Shown piece after piece: positions 58,964-64,000 of a DNA stretch of 64,000 nt (position 1 is its first letter; each line of letters begins with the position of its first letter). The position numbers were made by a program, and so were the translations under genes. The notes below the pieces were generated by a model, which was given only the letters and a program-made list of their open reading frames with translations, was not told the origin of the DNA and made no database searches. Source of the DNA: Candidatus Omnitrophota bacterium (GTDB lineage: Bacteria > Omnitrophota > Gorgyraeia > Gygaellales > Profunditerraquicolaceae); NCBI GenBank assembly GCA_963805065.1, contig CAWDSS010000010.1:1112359-1176358 (forward strand). Reading direction: 5' to 3'.

Positions 58964-60253
58964 ATGATCAATAGAGAATATTTTAAAAACAAGAAAGTAC
59001 TCGTAGTGGGTTTTGCGCGTTCGGGGCTTGCAAGTTCCAATTTGCTTTATGATTTGGGAGCCGACGTACGCATTACCGACAATAAAGACTACGATTCCAC
59101 ACGCAATAACCTTAGGAAACTGAAATCAAGGAAGATAAAAGTTGAATTAGGAAAACACTCTCCGGAATTCGTCAAAGGCAATGATTATTTAATTATTTCT
59201 CCGGGTGTCACAGATACAGCCTTGCCAATTGCCTGGGCCAGGCAATTTAACATACCAATCATGAGTGAGATAGAGTTTGCCTGGATACTTTGCCCGGCAG
59301 GCATAATTGCAGTTACAGGCTCAAGCGGTAAAACTACTGTGACAACTTTAATTGGACAAATCCTGGAAGCCTCTGGCAAAAGAGCCTTTGTTTGCGGAAA
59401 CATAGGAAATCCCTTTAGCGGGGAAGTAGATAAGATGAGTGCCAAAGATTTTGTTTCTTTGGAGGTGAGTTCTTTTCAGTTACAACACATAGTAAATTTT
59501 AGGCCTAAGATTTCCGTGATATTAAACTTCAGCAAGAACCATTTAGACAGGCATAAGGATATGCTAGAATACTTAGATGCCAAAAAACGCATATTCCTGA
59601 ATCAAACTAAAGATGATTTCCTGGTGTTAAATGAGAATGACGCGGTATTAAAAAATCTGGCGGAAGAGACTAGCGCAAAAGTAGTATACTTTTCGCAATC
59701 CCTCCAATTCAATCCTAATCAGGCAGCGGCTGTAGCCGCTTGTTCGATACTGGGAATCTCTAAGGATATATGTATAAAGGTATTTTCTGAATTTAAAGGC
59801 CTCCAGCATCGTTTGGAATATGTTACGCAAATTAACAACATAAAATTTATAAACGATTCCAAGGCGACGCTTGTAGAATCTACTATCTGGGCAATAAATA
59901 ATTTGGCTACGCCGGTAATACTGATTGCCGGCGGCAAAGACAAGGGAGTGGATTATAAAGGCGTAATTGAAGTGGCCAGCAAGAAAGTAAGAGAAGTAAT
60001 TTTAATCGGGGAAGCAAAAGAGAAAATCAGAAATGCTTTTAAGGGACACTTAGCAACCGATGAAGCAGCTACTCTTGAAGAGGCGGTAAACAAAGCGTTC
60101 CGCAAGGCTAAGCCCGGGGATTCTGTATTACTCTCTCCTATGTGCTCTAGTTTTGATATGTTTTCCAGTTATGAGGAAAGAGGCAATTGCTTCAAAAAAG
60201 CAGTTTATGATTTAATGAAACAGAATGACACTTGTGATAAAGTCAAAACGTAA
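58964..60253 (+). CDS. murD: UDP-N-acetylmuramoylalanine--D-glutamate ligase
   Basis: N-terminal Rossmann VVGFARSG and P-loop VTGSSGKTTV. The last codons run into the heptamer array. Confidence 0.93.
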   Translation: MINREYFKNKKVLVVGFARSGLASSNLLYDLGADVRITDNKDYDSTRNNLRKLKSRKIKVELGKHSPEFVKGNDYLIISPGVTDTALPIAWARQFNIPIMSEIEFAWILCPAGIIAVTGSSGKTTVTTLIGQILEASGKRAFVCGNIGNPFSGEVDKMSAKDFVSLEVSSFQLQHIVNFRPKISVILNFSKNHLDRHKDMLEYLDAKKRIFLNQTKDDFLVLNENDAVLKNLAEETSAKVVYFSQSLQFNPNQAAAVAACSILGISKDICIKVFSEFKGLQHRLEYVTQINNIKFINDSKATLVESTIWAINNLATPVILIAGGKDKGVDYKGVIEVASKKVREVILIGEAKEKIRNAFKGHLATDEAATLEEAVNKAFRKAKPGDSVLLSPMCSSFDMFSSYEERGNCFKKAVYDLMKQNDTCDKVKT

Positions 60254-60343
60254 AAGTCAAAACGCAAAACTTAAACGCAAAACTTAAAACGTTTTAAATT
60301 TTGCGTTACAGTTTTGACTTTTGCCTTTTGAGTTTTGAGTTTA
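60238..60343. repeat. Heptamer-array hairpin (AAAAGTC/AAAACGC/AAAACTT arm; TTTTGCG/TTTTGAC/TTTTGAG arm) in the murD-ftsW gap
   Basis: Left arm 60238-60291, right arm 60292-60343, turn at AAAACG|TTTT. The right arm is the reverse complement of the array at 11354-11409. Confidence 0.85.
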
Positions 60344-60373
60344 TTCTGTTATTCGAATTTTGTCGCTTCGCTT

Positions 60374-61469
60374 ATGGTAAGAAACATACGCATTAATATA
60401 TTCACGGTTTCAATAATTTTGATATGCATAGGCATTGTGATGATTTACAGCGCCTCAAGCATATATGCCTGGGAAAAATACCACGATAGCTTTTACTTTT
60501 TAAAACGCCATTTAAGTTTTTTATTTATCGGGGCATTGTTCACTTTCTTTGTTATGACCATAGATTACAGGAAGTTCAGGAGATACGCAAAGCCGCTGGT
60601 TTTAGTATCGATATTTTTACTGGTTTTGATATTGGTCCCCGGGAGTAGGCAGGGAAGTCGCCGGAGCGCGCAGGTGGTTTAGGTATAAATTTATCAGTTT
60701 CCAGCCTTCGGAGTTGGCTAGCATGGCAGTAATTATTTACGTGGCGGATTTTATTGCCAGAAAGGGCGATTGCATTAGGCAATTTGTAAAGGGCTTTCTT
60801 CCTCCTATATGCGTTTTGGGAGTTTGTGCTTTGCTAATTTTAATTCAACCTGATTTAGGTACTACCGTGGCCTTGGGAAGCGTTGTTTTTATTATGCTGT
60901 TTATCGCCGGAGTACGGGCGTCGTATCTTTTATCCATAATCCTGGCAAGTCTTCCCGTCTTATATTTATTAATCTTTAGTGTCCCTTACAGAAGGCTGCG
61001 GGTGCTAGCCTTTTTAAACCCCTGGCTTGACCCCAAAGGAAGCGGATTCCAGATTATTCAATCGCAGATTGCTCTGGGCTCGGGAGGGATATTCGGAGTG
61101 GGCTTGGGTCATTCCAAGCAAAAATTATTTTACCTTCCGGCAGCGCATACGGATTTTATTTTTTCCATTATCGGAGAAGAGCTGGGGTTGCTGGGAACAT
61201 TGGGGGTAATATTCTTATTTATCATCTTTATACGCGAGGGCATTAAGATAATAAAGTATTCCAACGATAAATTCGGATATTTCCTTGCCTTGGGATTAGT
61301 GTTGATTATTTCACTTAAGGCAATAATTAATATAGGCGTGTCTTGCGGGCTATTGCCGACAAAAGGTTTGCCGCTGCCGTTTATCAGCTATGGCGGCTCA
61401 TCGTTTATATTTGATATCGTTAGTGTAGGCATACTTATAAATATCGCCCGCACCGGAGAATATCCATGA
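60374..61469 (+). pseudogene. ftsW: SEDS-family peptidoglycan polymerase FtsW, frame broken by one extra base in the CCCCGGG run at 60637-60643
   Basis: The first frame (from ATG 60374) gives MVRNIRINIFTVSIILICIGIVMIYSASS...LLVLILVPG. The +1 frame from 60642 gives GVGREVAGARRWFRYKFISFQPSELASMAVIIYVADFIARK..., which is colinear with FtsW. Confidence 0.88.
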
Positions 61470-62554
61470 AAGTATTGGCAGTTGCCGGCGCAAGCGGAGG
61501 CCATATTTTCCCGGCTGTTAGTTTCCTGAAGGAGTTTAAGAAAGAGTATCCCGATTCTAAAGCTCTTTTAGTAATTCCCAGAAGAAGTGAAACACTTGAT
61601 TTGGTTCCAGAGGGCTTCAAGATACAATATATTTCAATTTGTCCGCTTAAGGCCGGCATCAAGCCTGCTAACTGCAGGGCTTTATTAAATTTTATAAAAG
61701 GATCATTTGAAAGCTTAAATTTAATGTTTGATTTTGCGCCGGATGCAGTAGTAGGTTTCGGGGGAATAGAATCAGTGCCTTTGGTAATGTTGGCCTGGTT
61801 ATTCAGGTTAAAGACTGTGGTGCACGAGCAGAATGTCCTTCCGGGAAAAGCCAACAGGCTCTTGGCAAAATTCAGCGATAAAGTCGCCCTGTCCTTTTTA
61901 GAAACCAGGGAATTCTTAAGGCTGCGGCCGGAAAAAATTATTTTTACGGGTAACCCTGCTTGCCAGCGCTTGCCAGCAGTAAGCAAACAAGAAGCGCTAA
62001 ATTTTTTCGGGCTTAAGCAAAACAAGTTCACTATATTGGTTATCGGCGGAAGTCACGGCAGCCACAGCATAAACAATGCCTTCTTGGAAGCAGTTACCAC
62101 TATGAATGATAATTATAAGCTTCAGGTTATTCATATAACCGGAAGCGAGGACTACGATTATTTAAGCAGAAGATATAAAGATTTAAGCATCAATGTAAAT
62201 TCAAAAGTATTTAGTTTCTTAAAAGAAATGCAATACGCCTACAGTGCAAGCGACGCGGTAGTTTCACGGGCAGGGGCTTCTACAATTTCCGAGTTAATGC
62301 GTTTCAAGCTTCCTTGCGTGATTATTCCGTATCCTTATGCCTATAAGCATCAGATGGAAAATGCAAAGATACTGCACAGTTTAGGCGTAGCAGATATTAT
62401 TGATGACGATGAGTCGCTGGATATAAACTTAAGATCCGCTTTGGAAGAATTTTTGAATAATGCTGAAAAAATTAACTCCCTGCGCAATAACTTTAATAAT
62501 TATGATATACAATATAACTCGGCTGAATTGTTAATACAGGCATTATCACAATGA
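61466..62554 (+). CDS. murG: UDP-N-acetylglucosamine--N-acetylmuramyl-(pentapeptide) pyrophosphoryl-undecaprenol N-acetylglucosamine transferase
   Basis: AGASGGHIFPAVS N-terminal motif, GT28 architecture, position in the dcw cluster. Confidence 0.93.
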   Translation: MKVLAVAGASGGHIFPAVSFLKEFKKEYPDSKALLVIPRRSETLDLVPEGFKIQYISICPLKAGIKPANCRALLNFIKGSFESLNLMFDFAPDAVVGFGGIESVPLVMLAWLFRLKTVVHEQNVLPGKANRLLAKFSDKVALSFLETREFLRLRPEKIIFTGNPACQRLPAVSKQEALNFFGLKQNKFTILVIGGSHGSHSINNAFLEAVTTMNDNYKLQVIHITGSEDYDYLSRRYKDLSINVNSKVFSFLKEMQYAYSASDAVVSRAGASTISELMRFKLPCVIIPYPYAYKHQMENAKILHSLGVADIIDDDESLDINLRSALEEFLNNAEKINSLRNNFNNYDIQYNSAELLIQALSQ

Positions 62555-63930
62555 GTAGAGACAACCATTACCATTTGATAGGAATCGGCGGGATAGGAAT
62601 GAGCGGGATCGCCGCATTACTTTTATCTAGCGGGAAGAAAGTAAGCGGTTCTGACCTGAAAGAAAACAGGATAACCCGGGAACTTGAAAAACAGGGCGCG
62701 CAAATTTTTATCGGCCATAGCCAAGATAATATAAAAGATGCGGATTGCGTAATTTATTCCTCTGCCATTAAAGAAGATAATCCGGAAATAATCAGGGCAA
62801 AAGCCTTGAGGGTCCCCTTGATTAAGCGCGCAGAGGCGCTGGCTAGGTTAATGCGGGAAAAAGAAGTTATTACCGTTACCGGCAGCCACGGCAAGACCAC
62901 TACGACTTCCCTGGCATCTTATCTTTTATTAGAGGCGGGATTGCTGCCAACGGTAGCCATAGGAGGCATCTTAATAAATCTTGACACGAATGCGTGCTTC
63001 GGTAACGGGAAATTTTTTGTGGCTGAAGCAGATGAATCGGACGGGTCATTCTTATATTACCGCCCGCACTATTCCATAATCACCAATATAGACCGCGAGC
63101 ACCTTGATTATTACAAAAACTTTGACAAAGAGATTCAGGCCTTCGGGGAATTTATAAACCGGACAGAAGAGGGCGGCTGTGTATTTGCTTGTGAAGATGA
63201 CGCGGTGTTAAAAAAACTGCTAAAAGATTACAAAAATAAACACCTGATGTTCGGACTTAGCGAAAGTGCCGACATATACCCAAAGAATATAGAATTAAAA
63301 GGCTTAAGTTCGCAGTTTGACTGTTTCTACAAAGGTAAATTCCTGGATAGGTTTAGTTTGGCTTTAGGGGGCAGGCACAATATTTCCAACGCCCTTTCAG
63401 TAGTTGCCCTCGGCATGGAATTAGGCATAGATTTAAAATTCATAAAAATTGCCCTGAATAATTATAAAGGCGCAAAACGCAGGCTAGAAATTAAATTTAA
63501 GGATAATGGAATAATGGTCATTGATGATTATGCGCACCATCCTACTGAAATCAAAGCTAGTCTAGCTGCGGTAAAGAATTTAGGCCATAAAAGGATTATT
63601 GCCGTATTCCAGCCTCACCGTTATACGCGCACAAAGATTCTTCTGGAGGAATTCGGCAGGAGTTTTGAATCAGCTGACCGTGTGATTGTTACGGATATTT
63701 ACGCTGCCAGCGAACCAGAATTAGAAGGGATAAACGCTAAGCTAGTTTGCCAGGAAATTAGTAAACTATCTCCTGAAAAAAAGGTGGAATTTTTAGCAAA
63801 AGGAGATATTTTGGACTACCTGCAAAAGATCATTCAACCAGGGGATTTAATCATAACCTTAGGAGCGGGAGACATCGTAAAAATCAATGATGAATTGGTG
63901 GAAGAGCTTAAAAGGAAAAGTTCGGTTTAA
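62551..63930 (+). CDS. murC: UDP-N-acetylmuramate--L-alanine ligase
   Basis: [14 protein letters not shown] and [12 protein letters not shown] motifs. Confidence 0.95.
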   Translation: MSRDNHYHLIGIGGIGMSGIAALLLSSGKKVSGSDLKENRITRELEKQGAQIFIGHSQDNIKDADCVIYSSAIKEDNPEIIRAKALRVPLIKRAEALARLMREKEVITVTGSHGKTTTTSLASYLLLEAGLLPTVAIGGILINLDTNACFGNGKFFVAEADESDGSFLYYRPHYSIITNIDREHLDYYKNFDKEIQAFGEFINRTEEGGCVFACEDDAVLKKLLKDYKNKHLMFGLSESADIYPKNIELKGLSSQFDCFYKGKFLDRFSLALGGRHNISNALSVVALGMELGIDLKFIKIALNNYKGAKRRLEIKFKDNGIMVIDDYAHHPTEIKASLAAVKNLGHKRIIAVFQPHRYTRTKILLEEFGRSFESADRVIVTDIYAASEPELEGINAKLVCQEISKLSPEKKVEFLAKGDILDYLQKIIQPGDLIITLGAGDIVKINDELVEELKRKSSV

Positions 63931-64000
63931 TGAACCGCTAAAGAAACATACTACGTTTAAAATCGGCGGGCCTGCCAGGTTTTTTGTAGAGCCCAGGGAC
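63887..64000 (+). CDS. murB: UDP-N-acetylenolpyruvoylglucosamine reductase (3' end cut by window edge)
   Basis: [38 protein letters not shown] matches the MurB N-terminus (TTFKIGGPA). Overlaps the murC end by 44 nt. Confidence 0.8.
   Translation, partial: MMNWWKSLKGKVRFNEPLKKHTTFKIGGPARFFVEPRD

Overview
64 kb of a compact, AT-rich (about 40% GC by eye) bacterial chromosome, probably from an uncultivated lineage. I cannot place it taxonomically from sequence alone. Stop codon usage fits genetic code 11, since TGA terminates polA, ribH and nusB. Almost everything is housekeeping and lies on the + strand: polA-glgA-coaE-rho-rpmE-prfA-prmC-murA, then trpGDCF-x-trpBA (no trpE), an M16 peptidase, a CNNM/CBS protein, rsfS-argS, recJ, rpmB(-), a UvrD-type helicase fused to an AddB-type nuclease, two aldolases, a PilZ protein, rpsO-pnp-ftsK-rodZ-rimO-pgsA-pgpA, and thpR(-)/pncC(-). 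An FMN-riboswitch-controlled ribBA-ribH-nusB-PHP-ribD-ribE operon follows, then tRNA-Pro(CGG), acyP, ligA, xerD, cca, rbfA, nrnA, ribF and a full dcw cluster (mraZ-rsmH-ftsL-ftsI-murE-murF-mraY-murD-ftsW-murG-murC-murB'). I see no transposase, phage, CRISPR or recognisable defence genes. The unusual content is non-coding. (1) Two diverged copies of a GC-rich 490-520 nt element sit in opposite genomic orientation but in the same orientation relative to local transcription. Each has two helix-closed domains, and two compensatory base-pair changes separate the copies, so this is a candidate new large structured RNA. (2) A modular family of 110-180 nt hairpin elements exactly fills intra-operon gaps and supplies the stop codon of the upstream gene. 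(3) Several heptanucleotide tandem arrays (GTGTAAT, AAAAGTN, CAGCTCT) are often arranged as long hairpins. One encodes a signal peptide and one sits inside prmC. (4) glgA carries an in-frame 60-nt double-hairpin insertion. Four single-base insertions also break rho (twice), prfA and ftsW. These look more like sequence errors than real pseudogenes but need read-level checking.
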